From Anthoceros angustus (lineage: Eukaryota; Plantae; Anthocerotophyta): a stretch of 64,000 nt of DNA. The DNA lies in assembly GCA_010909165.1 (NCBI GenBank), contig MU008159.1, positions 744,001 to 808,000 on the forward strand, written 5' to 3'. This document shows, piece by piece, positions 37,626 to 50,381 of the stretch (within the stretch, counting starts at the first letter, position 1; each line of letters opens with the position of its first letter). The translations under genes were made by a program, and so were the position numbers. The notes under the pieces were generated by a model. It did not search any database. It saw nothing but the letters and a program-made list of their open reading frames with translations, and had not been told where the DNA came from.

Positions 37626-40355
37626 TCACATCCTACCGCCTATCCAACCTCCCTTCACTTCTGACAGAGTCCGAACCTCCGCGAGCTGCCCCTCGGTATC
37701 ATAATCCCTTTCGATGGCTATCCTGGTGCCGTCTGCAAGCAACCAGCTAGCACCAATTGTCAAAATGCCCTCCTCCTGAATATCCACAGTAGCTGAGATG
37801 CCTCCAGGCAACCACAGTATGCTGACGTCCGTGATGTCCCCGATGTGGGCAGCTTCCTCTTCACCTCCAGGAAGAGAGACCGAAGGTGGGAGCTCTCGTA
37901 TGACGGAGGCCTCTTTAGTCGAGTACACCACTGTTGGCTGTCCCCGCGGTGGGAAGCCCACAGAAGCAGTCTTCGCAAACGACTTCCAAGATCCTGTCAA
38001 CTGATCGGGAACCAGCCTGGGCCGCCGAGAAAAGGGCACCAGCTTATGTCCACCGCTTCCACTGCCACGACTCACAGCGCGTCACATGTTAAAGGTTAAA
38101 AGAACAACGCGGAAGCAGCTTCTAGTACTACACAGCACACTTGCACCACACACCTGATCGAGGGCATAGACGCAGGACCCAACCATTCCTCTTCATAGGC
38201 AACGACACGCAGCACCTGAAGTTCTTCGCCGCCGTCCTCGATGGAGATGGTATGAACTAGTCGTAACCTTCTGTGGCCTCCCGAGACTAGGCACTGATAC
38301 AGGGTGGATTAGATCAGATTGTTCACCGATTGACGCATCCAACTTGCATACTAAAAGCGACTTGATGGAACTAAACTGTGTAACAATACGTACATGCTCT
38401 ACTTTGAATGTTGGTGGCAAGGCATATTGGTCATCGCCGCTGCTTGTAGCTTGTGCCAGGAGTCTGAGCGGGCCCCTTGAGTAGGACCCATCCTGCAAAA
38501 AGCGTTACATTGGCTTTAGATTGGATCAGCCCAAACCAAACACGCGACTATAGAGGCACACTACAGATTCACAAGATGCTCGTTCTACAGATCGCAAGTT
38601 CACAGCCAACCTCAAAGAAAATTAAGCCCGCTTCTTGCCCCATCAAATCTTCTTCCATCACGTCATCCCAATCATCTTGGACTATTTCTGAGCCATGATC
38701 CTCAACAACTTCAGTGCCAGGAAGAGCAGGAGCAGGAGAAGCATGTTCCTGTAGACTTTCTTTCCATCCTGCTTCGGACTTAACATGGGAAGAACTGCCC
38801 GAAAGAACTCCCTCAGGGGCAAAAGCTTCTACGGGATCTTCAAGCACTTCAACCTCTGTAACATCCCACACAGCATCCCAAGGCCTCTCCATCTTTTCAT
38901 CGTGTTCCATGATGGATCTCCAGTCAGCAGTGATTTGGTCCGCGACGAGCTCCTTTGGAAGCCCGAAATTCGTCAAGGCTCCTTCCCCTTTCTCCCAGTC
39001 CACCACAATCTCTCCTGCCACGTTTATTTCCGATTCCCACTCCGTGTCCTGAACAACTATACTATCCCCACCTTCTAGGTCACTTAAAATTAGAAATTGG
39101 TCCACATCCTCCCAAGGAATTGGTAGCATGTCCTGTTCTACAGACTGGATTTCTTCTGTGCCTATCAGTCCTACTGGAGTAAGTTCATCCAAAAGGAAGG
39201 CCTCCCCAGCCTCTCCCCTCAATTCACCAGATTCTATCAAATCCAGCTCGTCCAAGTCCACGTCCTGCACAACCACCTCGCCTAGGCCTTGCTCCCCGTG
39301 AGGGTTGTCAACTTTCCAGAAAACCTTTCTCGCGAGCCTTGGACTGATCCCATCTTCTTCTTTGACTTCAGTGGACTCAACGATACAGAGGACATGTGCA
39401 TCGTAAAGATACTCATTATTTTCTCCAAGAGACATTGCCTCCATGTCAGCTGTGATGGGAGAGAAAGCTGCTCCGACACCCCTCCACACTCCAGAGACAC
39501 TGCTTGAAAATGTTTTCCACAGTGGAGATGCAGCCAGCTCCTACATGAAAAATGCAGTATCAGGGGATCACACGAAAAGCAGGTCACTCCAAGGTCAGAA
39601 GGCTGGAAGTGTCTGGAGCATATGGTTATGAAGTGTACCTCAGGCTGCAGCACAGCATCAATCTTGGTTGGCAGGGAGGCTGAAACCCGTACCCTTGCAA
39701 AAGAAGATCCTTGGGAACTATTCTCTGCGTAACGACCACTACCTTCCATCACATCCTCCAACTTCTGCAAACGACTGCCCACATCCTGCTCTGCGTCTCT
39801 TTGCGCAGGGTACTTCACAGACGGAATTTCAGCCGAAAGGGCTACACCGTTCTCGCCACTCAAACTCCCTGCCCTGCTTCCAGTTGAGGGACCCCCAGTC
39901 CTGGACGGAGTGATTTTACTACCCGTCTTGCCTCCCTTGACTGCCTTTGCTCCACTTGAGCCCCGAGCATTGTTATCTCCACTCCAGACATTATCTTTCC
40001 TGCTCCCTGCATAGCCTGCAGCTGACCTTGCAGCATCATTATCTGTACTCCAAACATTGTCTTTCCTCTTGCCCTGCTTTTCCCCAGGTTTCCTGTCCTT
40101 GGGTCCCCTCTGCTTCCCTCTCTCGGTAGACGCCCTCAGTGTTGGTGCGTGCCGAGCTCCCTTGCATGGAAAAGACTTGGGAAAGTGCAGGTCTGTGCCG
40201 GTGGACCAGTAACTCCCCAAAAATATATGCTTCGTTCCCCTTGAGTGGAAGCATGCTGGGCTGGTGCAGCCACTGCTTGATGACATTCTCACCGAAAATG
40301 CACCACACTGAAAGTCGGGTTGAGAGCAGCTGGGCCTCATACCATGGCAGACCAT
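37626..40355 (-). CDS. Conserved, probably plastid-targeted protein, DUF3598-like; 5 exons
   Basis: Ser-rich transit-like N-terminus. Exons 40355-39639, 39540-38611, 38492-38394, 38293-~38154 and ~38061-37626 join in frame at GT-AG sites (VSGVWRGVGAAFSP, FFEDGSYSRGP, WLPGGIS, ERDYD). The family name is from recollection only. Confidence 0.75.
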
Positions 40356-41239
40356 GAGATTTGTAACCTGTAACTGCCTTTGGCTGTGCTGCAGCCTTCT
40401 TCTTTGCGTGAGGTTCAGTTATCCATTTCCCTGCAAAAACACAGCGTAAAGCCTACCGCAGCCGAGACATTCCTGTACCCAGACACGCCCAAGGTGTGTG
40501 ACCATGTCCAAGACTGCCGTATGACTCCCTTTCCGACTCCTACCGGCTCCGTTATAAAAAACGGAGCCCATGCACGGGACCGTCGCAAGGCTGCCTAACT
40601 GTCATGCTTTTATCCTCTCCCGAGCCCTAAGGACATTGGTGAGTACGGCCGGGGGTACAGTGCAGCTGGGGGCAATATGCGAATGTTCCTTCCCGGTGGA
40701 GTATCTCTACAGGCACAGCTGTGTAATGTGTGTGATAAACACAGACGATGGTGTTATTGTGGATTCCGGATGGGTGGACCGCCGAGGTTTCTGCTTTCGA
40801 GCGAGTGTTTTAGTACAAGGGCGTTTCAGTGAGGTTCACAAATGAAACACGCCCTTGCTTTGTCACAGCAGTGTTGCTCTGGATCCATTCTACGAATTTT
40901 GAGTTCGTCTGGAAGCAAGGCTTCCACAACCACTCCCAGTTTTTACTTAGTGCGGTTCGTCCTGATGCGCGCAGGCATAACCACCATCCCTAGGCATTGC
41001 TCCCCACACGGAATATAAACTTTCCAAAAGCCTTGTCTTTGAGACATATAGGTTGGTCACCACTCACATCCATGAAGTCTTCGCATTCACCAAGGACCTG
41101 CAACCGTAGGTCGAACAACACGAATTGATCTACGAACATGAGCTACAGCCACGTAGGAAAAGTCATTCTACATCCACGTAGGAAAGCGAAAGCCATTTAG
41201 TTCCTGTACCCGTGTACCCGTCTACCACCTACGCACAAC

Positions 41240-43300
41240 TAAAATTGAAGTAAATCTCTTTGGATATATCCAATGAACTGAATAATACTATTTATTTTAT
41301 TTTAGCTATATAATTTAATATTTACTATTTCATCTTTAATTTTTTAACTTTATACATTTTATACCAAAAATAAATAAGATAAAAATATAGGGTATTCGAT
41401 AAAAGAAAAACATAAAATAGTAAGAAGTAAAAACTATTTACTATCTTATAGACATACACGAAATTCAATGATGATTTTTATTTTTTTAATATTATAATTT
41501 AATTTTTTCATTTCATCTTCAGCCTTTTTAACCTCATACATTTGAGATACAAAGTAAAAGATATTTGGTGGAAAAAAGTAAAGTAATAAGAAGTAAAATT
41601 GTACCTCATTTTAGTCGAAAAATGGAGGATTTGCAGATAGTTTAGTTCACTAATCAATTAGATCTAAACTAAACTACACCCCACCACATCACCCAACTAC
41701 ATGCCACATTAGATGTGTCTGTGTTCTAGCACACTTATATAAGTTGTTAAGTATCGAGTCCCATGTACAATGTTGTTAAGTACCAAGTCCCTTGTACAAT
41801 GTTCTTAAGTACTAAGTCCCATGACAGGAATAATTCCGTACAAGTGGACCATAATAGACTTTCTTTTCTTCTTTTAATAAGATAAAGTATTTTTCCTCAA
41901 ACATTACTACCCATACCCCGAGGGGTGGTTCAACAGGGTAATGCCGAAATAATGTTTTTTGAAACAATAAGTTTCAACATAAATATTTATATTTTTAAAA
42001 TTTATAAAAAATACCTGATCTAACAAGATCTCTTCATACGGATTAATACCATACTAAATACGGTACTTGAGTATGGTAATTTAGTATGGTTTCATTTTTT
42101 GTAGAAAATAATAATAATAAATACTATAAAACCATGTGATAGTTCTCACTTTAGCTATTGAGCTAAATCCGGGGTTTTCAGCATTTTGGGGTTGAAGAAA
42201 ATACAAGATGCATTCTGATTGTATTCGTTTTTTATCTACCAAAAATGAATGTTATAATTTTTTATAACATCATATATATTAGGTGATAATATTTAGTTTT
42301 CCATTAAAGTCATCCATGTATGAAAACGATCATGGAAATTGTGTATGCTTTGATAGGTATAATTTTTTATAAAATGCTATATATTATGTGACAATCTTTA
42401 GTTTTCCATCAAAGCCATCCGTTTATGAAAACTATTATGACAATTGTGTATGCTTTGATAAGGTTAGTCCATCACTTATATTCCTAGATTGGGAGGGCGT
42501 TTTATTAAATAAGTAGAAATGGATAAACAGCACATTAGGATAATTCAACATCGAAATTTAAAATTTGACACTTTGATCATATAAATTAAAAGAAATCAAA
42601 TTATTAGTACTTTGTGAGGATAAAAATTATAACATCCAGGTGTTATACAATAAAACACTTGATCTAACAAGACCTCTTCATCATCAAAAGCGATCAAGCA
42701 CTTAGTATTACGGTGACTTGGACAAGTTTGTGGATCTTGGTTTTCTTCAACCATGATAAATCCACCTACATGTATAGGAGCTGCACAGTTTCCCACTAAT
42801 TGTAATCTTGCAGATTCTAGACAAACTTCGAGCTCTTGTTCAAACAAGAACGGAAGCACAATATCATTTGTATCCTGTGTGGATCCTCTACCACCTGCAT
42901 AAGTTCGGTATGTCAAACCATCTAGTCCTGTGCTTTGTACCTCAATCCATCTACCATGTCCCACACTAAGCATGGCAGGAGCCCATTCCTTTGCTTGCAC
43001 CACTTCTTGTAGTGATCTATGCATTCGCGCATTTGATTTTGTATCTTGTAAATTTATTCCTCGTTCATCCTCTAGACAAAAGAAAAACGCACTTGGTTGG
43101 TACACAACAGCTTCGTGAAATCTAAAATAAAAAAATAATAACACTACCACTTTTGAGCCTTCCATACTTGATTAGGGGTGTTCCTTAGAATTGCTCCTAT
43201 ATATGTATGAAAAATAAAAATTATTTGAATAAACAGGAACTGTATGTCAAAGATTTTCATATAGAAAATCATTTTACATCTCTAGATTCTGTGTTGTTCA
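41240..43300. mobile_element. AT-rich insertion(s) with internal direct repeats; possibly Helitron/non-autonomous DNA-TE derived
   Basis: Abrupt AT shift. Imperfect duplications at ~41305-41440/41490-41600 and ~42250-42357/42357-42463, plus three 29-bp units at 41740-41825. Weak hairpin (CACAT..ATGTG) plus CTAG at 41703-41729. Confidence 0.45.
42596..43165 (-). CDS. Orphan 189-aa ORF in AT-rich DNA
   Basis: ATG-started, uninterrupted, with Cys/His-rich C-terminus (CPSH...C...YCITPGC); no family recognised. Confidence 0.3.
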   Translation of the reverse strand: MEGSKVVVLLFFYFRFHEAVVYQPSAFFFCLEDERGINLQDTKSNARMHRSLQEVVQAKEWAPAMLSVGHGRWIEVQSTGLDGLTYRTYAGGRGSTQDTNDIVLPFLFEQELEVCLESARLQLVGNCAAPIHVGGFIMVEENQDPQTCPSHRNTKCLIAFDDEEVLLDQVFYCITPGCYNFYPHKVLII

Positions 43301-44273
43301 ACAACAATGCCAATGCACTTGATATCGGCATTTATTTGCTGGATATAAAAAGGGCAAAGGACGCTCGATGCGCTCCACGCCACAGGCACTGGTGTGACGG
43401 CAGCCATTACCAGACGCTGCATCTGGTTACCGGCGGGAATGTCGGAGCATGCGTTAGCGAGGGTAGATCCAGGAGCTGCAATGTGGAGACCTGACAGTAG
43501 GAAATTGGAAGCCGCGAACATCCCTGTTACATGTCGGGATACACTGATTCTGTGCTCTTATAGGCGCTTGCGGGCATAAGGGTTTCGAAGTGGGTGCATG
43601 TGTATATTTTTTAATTGTGACGAATTGGCTAATTGCGACCACTGTGCCTCCCTTGACAAGCTGCACCTTCTGCAAAGAGAGTGAAGTACAGATCGTTGGC
43701 AATCTCCAGTTGCAAACAGGCATACCACAATGTCAACCTTTCTACGCAATCTTGTATGAAGGTAAAGTTGTGAGGGAGTAGAAGCTTCTTTTCTTCTTCG
43801 TGACCAGATATTAATCCATTTAAACCAACGACGGACTTGCAAACAAGACGAGACAAGTGGCCGGCATGCCAAGTTCAGGAGTGTGGATGGATCACCGTGT
43901 GGGATCACACCCAGTGAGGAGCTGAAAGCAGCTGTTGATGGACATGACTCGTCACAGACGAGCATAAAGGCCCCTAATATGCTGCTCCGGATCAGGATAT
44001 TCGTCCACCTTCATGCATTTGACAGCAGTGGCCCGCTCTCACAAGTCTTCTACACCAATCCCTCCGACAAAAAGCTCGGCAAATATTCCAGCGAGCAAAT
44101 GTTCAAAATTTTGCTGCTCAACAGCAGCTTTATCACCACCGATATGCTCAAAACAGCCATCCAGGTCACGAGCACTACCTATCTCACTCAGCTGCATGAG
44201 GGTCTTTCTCACATACGCCAATCTCTTGAAACTGGACTGGTAAAAAATTGTCCTAGACGACAATATCATGTTA

Positions 44274-46656
44274 TCACTGAGCTGGTCCGATCTGCGCTGC
44301 TGAACCTGATGCTGGCTTTTGCCTTCCATCAGGGATGGAAATCAATGTGATAGGCCTTGAGGGCCTGATGAATGGCACATCACAAACGAAGTAGCCCTTC
44401 CTTTCTAGCTGTAGTATTTCTCCTTTCTTCAAATTCCTCATATTCGAATCACCGATTGCTAGAACTTCCCACCAAGTGCGAGGATTCAGGAAATTCTCCA
44501 GTTGATCTGTCTCTTCCAGCTGGAACAGGCAGACCACAATGAAAATCATTGAACACAATCTGAGATGAAGTGAAGTTGAGAGAGAACAGAACTTACTTTT
44601 TTCTTCGTGATCAGATAATCCAATTCCACCAGTGACAGAGAAACAAGTTCGGGAATATCGGGTAGCCATGTAAGCTTTAGCTTTGTAGTCTTCACCGAAC
44701 CTTCAGGATGTAGTACTCCCGTGAGACCAGTGACTTTTCCCATTCCATCCTTCTGCACAGTTCCAATTATAACGTTTCCCCAATCCATGAGGGTAACTTC
44801 CTCTCCTTGCTGCACTTGACTTGCATCCTCCAGGTCCAGCCATATCGTCTTACTGAAAGTAGTAGCCTTCATTCCAGCACCTGCAAACTTCTTGTGCCGA
44901 GGTATGACCCGCACAAAAGGTGCATCAGGGCCATTGCTCAGGCTGAGAAGAACCTTTCCCTCACTATAAACTGCTGTATGTCTTGGACAAATAGGATCAA
45001 TTATCTTCTTGTTGATAGTCCAAAGCTTGTCCCATTCCATCAGGTTGAGATTTTTTGAGGCGCCCTAGGAATAAACAGCAGCTATATTAGACAGCCACAG
45101 AACGTCAATGCAGGCAAGGATGCGGTAGAGCTTAGCATATTAAATACCTGAGACAGAATGAACTGTGTCAGAGCTTCAACGGTCAGACCCCTTCTGCGGA
45201 TACCCTGTACAGTTGGGAAACGAGGATCATCCCAGCCCTGCACTCGTCCGCTATCCACGAACATCTGGAGCTTCCGTTTGCTCAGCAACGTGTAAACAAA
45301 GTTCAAACGACTGAAATCCCAAACATGAACTTTCCTCATCCCCATATCGGCCAAAATCCGGTAGTACTGGTCATTCCTATCGTGGTACTCACTACTTCGA
45401 AGAGCATGTGTTACGCCTTCGTAGCTGTCCACAAACGGACAAGCAAAATCATACGTTGGGTACACCTTATACTTGCCGCCAACTCTGTGGTGAGGAGTTG
45501 GATTGCACCGGTAGTACACAGGGTCCCGAAGGGTCTTGTTGGCCGCCTGCATGTCAAGCTTCCCCCGCAGACAACACTCCCTGCCCTTGTCAGTGCCACC
45601 CAGCATCTCTTTCCACAGCTTCAGATTCTCCTCCACACTGTTGTTGCGGCATTTTGATTCAGTCCCCACCATTCTCTGCTCTTTCATCTCATCTCTAGGA
45701 GTGTCATCCACATACGCCTTCCCTTCCCGGATCAGCCTTTCGGCCATCTCCAGTAACAGCGGGAAATAGTCAGACGTGTAGGTGAGCTTATCCCCCACAA
45801 TTCCCAGGGTTTTGAGGTCTGCCAGAATGCTGAGAACGAACTCGTCCTTTTCCTTGGACGGATTGGTATCGTCAAACCTGACAATCAAAGTGCCCCCATA
45901 TTTCTTTGCAAAATACTGATTCAACAGAGCGGCTTTGGCGTGCCCTATATGCAGGTACCCGCTAGGTTCAGGCGGAAATCTGGTGCAAACCTTCCCCACC
46001 TCGGCCTCAGGCAGATCCACATCAAATGATCCATCTACCTGCTCCTTCTTCTGGCTGCTGGCCGCCGTGACATTGGACTTCTTACTAGCAGATACCCCAT
46101 CAGCGAGAGGCCTGCCTAAAGCCCTCTTGCTGCGATACTTTGCCATCACGTCCTTAAACCCCTGATGCTGAGCAGTGAGTCCACTATACCATCGGGCCAG
46201 ATTGGGATATCTACCAGCCTTAACAAGGGCCTCCCAACGCAGCAGCGAGGCAGCCAGGCCGGCCCAGACAGCAACATCGGCAATGGACAAGTCATATCCA
46301 ATCAAGAAAGTCCTGAACGTGAGGTAGAAATCGGCAAACTCGCACGCCTGCTCGAACTCAGCTTCATTTCGGAACCGCGGAGCGTACTCAACCCACTCAT
46401 CCACCTGAGACGCAGACAGTGCGTCTGACCCATAGAAATTTTGCAGCTTACTCACTCTCGCAATGTACCTCAGCACAGTGCTGGCTCCCTGAAGCTGCTC
46501 CCCGGAAGGAAAAGACAGCACCGGCACTGACCCTGGCACCAGATTAGAGAAGATTTCTAGTTCGAAGTCAGAGACGGCTGCAGCACCCAAGATGTCCAGA
46601 GGCACTGCATCCGAAGAGAAACAAATCTTCCTCAAACAAGTCTTCTTCTCCGCCAT
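44274..46656 (-). CDS. GluRS: Cytosolic glutamate--tRNA ligase (GluRS), 3 exons
   Basis: GST-like N-terminal domain, RFPPEPSGYLHIGH (HIGH), LSKRKL, GWDDPRFPT, LQLERKGYF. Exons 46656-45148, 45064-44597, 44519-44274. Confidence 0.97.
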
Positions 46657-47212
46657 TGCAGAAGCCTTCTGCAAGCACTTGGCAACCCGCTTCACAGACC
46701 TTTGGCCAGTGAACGGAGAGTTTATAAGAGACTGCCTACCTAGTTGGTTTCTTCAATGTTAGTGAAAGCTCTAGACTCGTTTTAGCATCGAGTCCGCCCG
46801 CTTCGGCATTGCGAAGACTGTCTGACAGACAGCCCTGGATTGTCCGATGCGCGCTACCGGAAGAAGAGGGAGCTGGCTTCTCTCACGTAGCGCCTCGCTG
46901 CAATCCGGCCATGGATGCGTTCACGTGCTGGCATCTTCCTTCCGCTCCAGATGGAGTGGAGATGTGGGTGGGCCAGACGGTGAGGGTGGCAGCTCAGGCA
47001 GACCTCAGGGCGAGAGACAGAAGCAAGGTTTCTCATCGGGCATGCTCGGAGGTTCAGCGCTATCTCCAGTCCTGGTTCATTCTTATTCCCTTCCAGCCTT
47101 GCCCTGTGCGTGCAGCTGCTGAGAAGCATTTTGGAATGCTTTCAGACGAGCTGATTGCCGTCCGCTGGTGGTGCTGGCAGGCCCGGAACGGGATGTGAAG
47201 AGCTGTGGAAGT

Positions 47213-49422
47213 ATGTCCTCCGTTGAGTTGCTGAGGAAGGATGTGGGTTCCAGTTTTTCTGGGCTCCCCCGGGTGGAAACCGCTGCAACCAGAGGCATTG
47301 GTCATATGACTGACAGGTATCGGGTTGCTAGTGTTCATGTCTGTGTGTTTGTATGTATGTAGAACATTGTCTGTTTCACATGGCATGGCGGAATTTGGTA
47401 GCCTTCTCTCATTCGTTGTCATCTTCTCTTGGGACTGTTAGGGATGTGACTCGGCTGTGCGAGGAGGGGCAGGTGGAGGAGGCATTGGAAAGGTTACGCG
47501 CTATGATGGACCGGGGTATTGGGGTTCATGTTCGTACCTACGAGTCTCTCATTCAGACATGCATAGAAAGGAAGGCATTACGACAGGGCGTGGAGGTGCA
47601 TGCTCACATTATGAGGAGTGGGTTGGAGTCCGAATGCTACCTCGCGGGTAACATTGTCAGGATGTATGCTGTCTTAGGGAGGCTCGTGGAGGCCCAGGCT
47701 GTGTTTGACCGAATGCAGAGCCGTAACAGTTATGCATGGACTGCGCTTATTCGAGGTTACGTTGAGGCTGGGAAGAATGAAGAAGCTCTGAAACTGTTTC
47801 CGCAAATGCTGGCTGAAAAGGTGAAACCATCTCCATTTGTGCTTACTTTTCTACTGAGGGCTTGTGTCAGTGTGGAAGACTTAGAGCAGGGTAGGAAGGT
47901 CCATGCATGTGTCAGAAGGCATGGGCTAGAGTCAGACACCTTTATGGGGACTGCTGTTCTGGACATGTATGCAAAGTTGGGGAGCCATGAGGATGCAAGA
48001 AGAGTATTTGAGAAAATGCCCACCAGGAATGTGGTGTCCTGGACAGCAATGCTGGTCGCTTACACTACAGCTGATCTCCCAACGGAAGCCATCAGATTCT
48101 ACAAGAAGTTGCGGGAAGCACATGTCAAGCCAGATGGCTGGATCTTCTCCTCGGTTCTTAAAGCATGTGGCCATCTTCGTGCCCTGGAGGAAGGTAGACG
48201 AGTTCATGCTGACATTATTGATGCTGGATTGGAGCTGGATGTCATTGTTGGAACTGCGCTTGTTGATATGTATGCAAAAAGTGGGGATATTCATCAAGCA
48301 AGGCATGTTTTTGATGGACTGCGGCGGAGAAATGCGGTCTCATGGACAGCCCTAATTACAGGATATACTCAAGTGGGTCAGGCGAGGGAAGTAATCAAGC
48401 TCTATAAACTGATGCAGCAATCAGGTGTGAAGCCAAACACTTCAACTTTCACTTCGGTATTGAAGGCATGTGCTAGTATACCTGCACTTGAAGAAGGACG
48501 AAGTGTGCATGCGGATGTGATCTCAAGTGGTTTTGAGCTGGAGGTCACGATGGGCAACTCTCTGATTGACCTGTATGCTAATTGTGGGAGTATGCCCGAT
48601 GCTCTCGAGGTGTTTGAGAAAATGCCCACCAGAAATGTGGTCTCTTGGACTGCTATGCTGGTGGGGTACACACAGGCAGGTCTGGCTGAGGATGCCATCA
48701 GATTTTACAAGCGAATGCATGATTCAGAGGAGGAGCCCGACGATGTGGCTTACGCTTGCATCTTGAAAGCATGTGCGAGTGTCCGAGCTGTCGAAGAAGG
48801 GAGAGAAGTCCATAAGCACATAGTGGCAAGTGGGTTTTCAAATTTAGTCGTTGGGAATGCCCTTGTATACATGTATGCCAGGTGCGGAAGCTTGGACGAG
48901 GCTCTGGAGGTATGCGAGAAAATGCCCGACCGTAATGCAGTAACCTGGTACGGCGTGATTGCCGGTTTCTCACACTATGGCCGTGCCGGAGAGGCTATAA
49001 AGATCTACTGGAGGATGAAGGAAGAAGGAGTAGAGCCGAGTACAAGAGTGTTTACCCGGGTCCTCCATGCCTGTGCCCAGGCATCGGCTCTGGAGGAGGG
49101 CAGGAAAGTGCATACTGAAATATTGAGAAAGGGACTAACGTCGGATGTCTTTGTGGGGAGTGCCCTGGTGCACATGTATTCTAAGTGTGGGAGCATTGAA
49201 GACGCCAGACAATCCTTCGATGCTTTGCCCATAAAAAATGTTGTAGTATGGACCGCCATGATTGCAGCCTGCTTCAAGCACGGTCTTGCGGAAGAAGGTT
49301 CAAAGCTGTTTGAACGTATGCAGCGGGAGGGAGTGAAACCTGATATGAAATCCATAGACTGTATGCAGCACGCACTGGTTGAGGATCTTGAACCGACGGA
49401 GCTGGATTCAGCCCCTGATTAA
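47213..49422 (+). CDS. PLS-class pentatricopeptide repeat protein lacking E/DYW domains
   Basis: About six P-L-S triplets (NVVSWTAM..GY / F..VLKAC...ALEEGR.VH / ALVDMYAKSG...A..VF). A likely upstream exon ends at 47316 (AG|GTATCG) and splices in phase to 47442 (TTAG|G). Start codon uncertain. Confidence 0.92.
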
Positions 49423-49521
49423 TGCTCTCGCACAGATTTTCATATGAGCTTAAACCTCACCCATTCAGTCCATTGATTGTTACTGGTCCGCGATGATGTC
49501 CTCTGCCCACTTGGATGGGAT

Positions 49522-50145
49522 TCACCGCTCCATGGCAGCAATCCTCTCCTCCATCGTGGAGTCAATCATCTTCAGGAGCCCAGGGTCCAAACCGAACTCA
49601 CCTCGCAACTGCTGCTGCCGAAGCCTCTCCTTGTCGTACTCCAAAGCTTTCTTCCGGCATGCTCTTACACTGCCTGTCATCCAGGCACTACTACCCGTCA
49701 GAGCCATCCCCTCTCAACCGATGCTGGCAGCTGAGACGCATGATCGTACCCGCTTACCACTCAAGTCTAGCAGATTGAACAACACAGGCAGCTTCCGGAT
49801 GGCTGTGATGAAAGTGATGGCAGCCCAAACCTTCCGGTACTCACCTCGTCCACACCTTACAACACATAGATTCGTGAACGGATTCAAGTACTTGACTGCA
49901 CGAGATCAGCATAACATCGTTGATCAATATCATGCCACAGGAAAGAGCACATCAGACAAGCACCAAGTGCAACAACCACCTTGCAAGGACGTGATGGAGG
50001 CGCCGAGGCCCAGCTCCCCGAAATTCAACAGCAGACTTTCCTGAATGGCGCTACTCACTGACCCCACAGACCAGGACTCCGGCGCTGGCTGCTGCCCCTG
50101 CCACACCAGCTCCAGAACCATGTACCTGTTCTTAAACCCCACCAT
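49522..50145 (-). CDS. POP5: RNase P/MRP protein subunit POP5, 3 exons
   Basis: MVGFKNRYM..AIQESLLLNFGELG..SLQ | VKYLNPFTNLCVVRCGRGEYRKVWAAITFI..LLDLSG | SVRACRKKALEYD; both introns GT-AG and in phase. Confidence 0.93.
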
Positions 50146-50272
50146 CGTCACTTCACTCAAGGATCTATCTCCACAACAGAGAGCCGGTATCTACATATGT
50201 AGATTTATACCGCTAGAAATTCACAAATAGGATGCTTCCTGAATCATGCTATTGAAGACCTCATATAGTGCA

Positions 50273-50335
50273 AAACCCTAACGTTGCCCGGAAGCAAATG
50301 CGCTCAAGCGGTTGCTCAGAACATTGGTGTGGGCT
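50273..50335. promoter_or_regulatory. Telo-box (AAACCCTAA, 50273) and site II motif (TGGGCT, 50330) in the POP5/NDUFA3 divergent interval
   Basis: Exact motif matches within the 236 bp between two divergent ATGs; the motifs are short, so chance occurrence is possible. Confidence 0.5.
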
Positions 50336-50381
50336 TCAGTCGAGTCTTGCTCTGTAGCGTGGCTGAAGGCAAGGGTCGAAG

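Noticed and set aside
38070-38155. U12-type intron suggested by TTTTAACCTTTAAC
   Set aside because: The donor is GTGTGT, not the U12 GTATCC consensus.
43454-43965. Possible small spliced gene downstream of GluRS (GTATGC...TTTGCAG)
   Set aside because: The joined frames give no recognisable protein and no clear start; it could be UTR or non-coding RNA.
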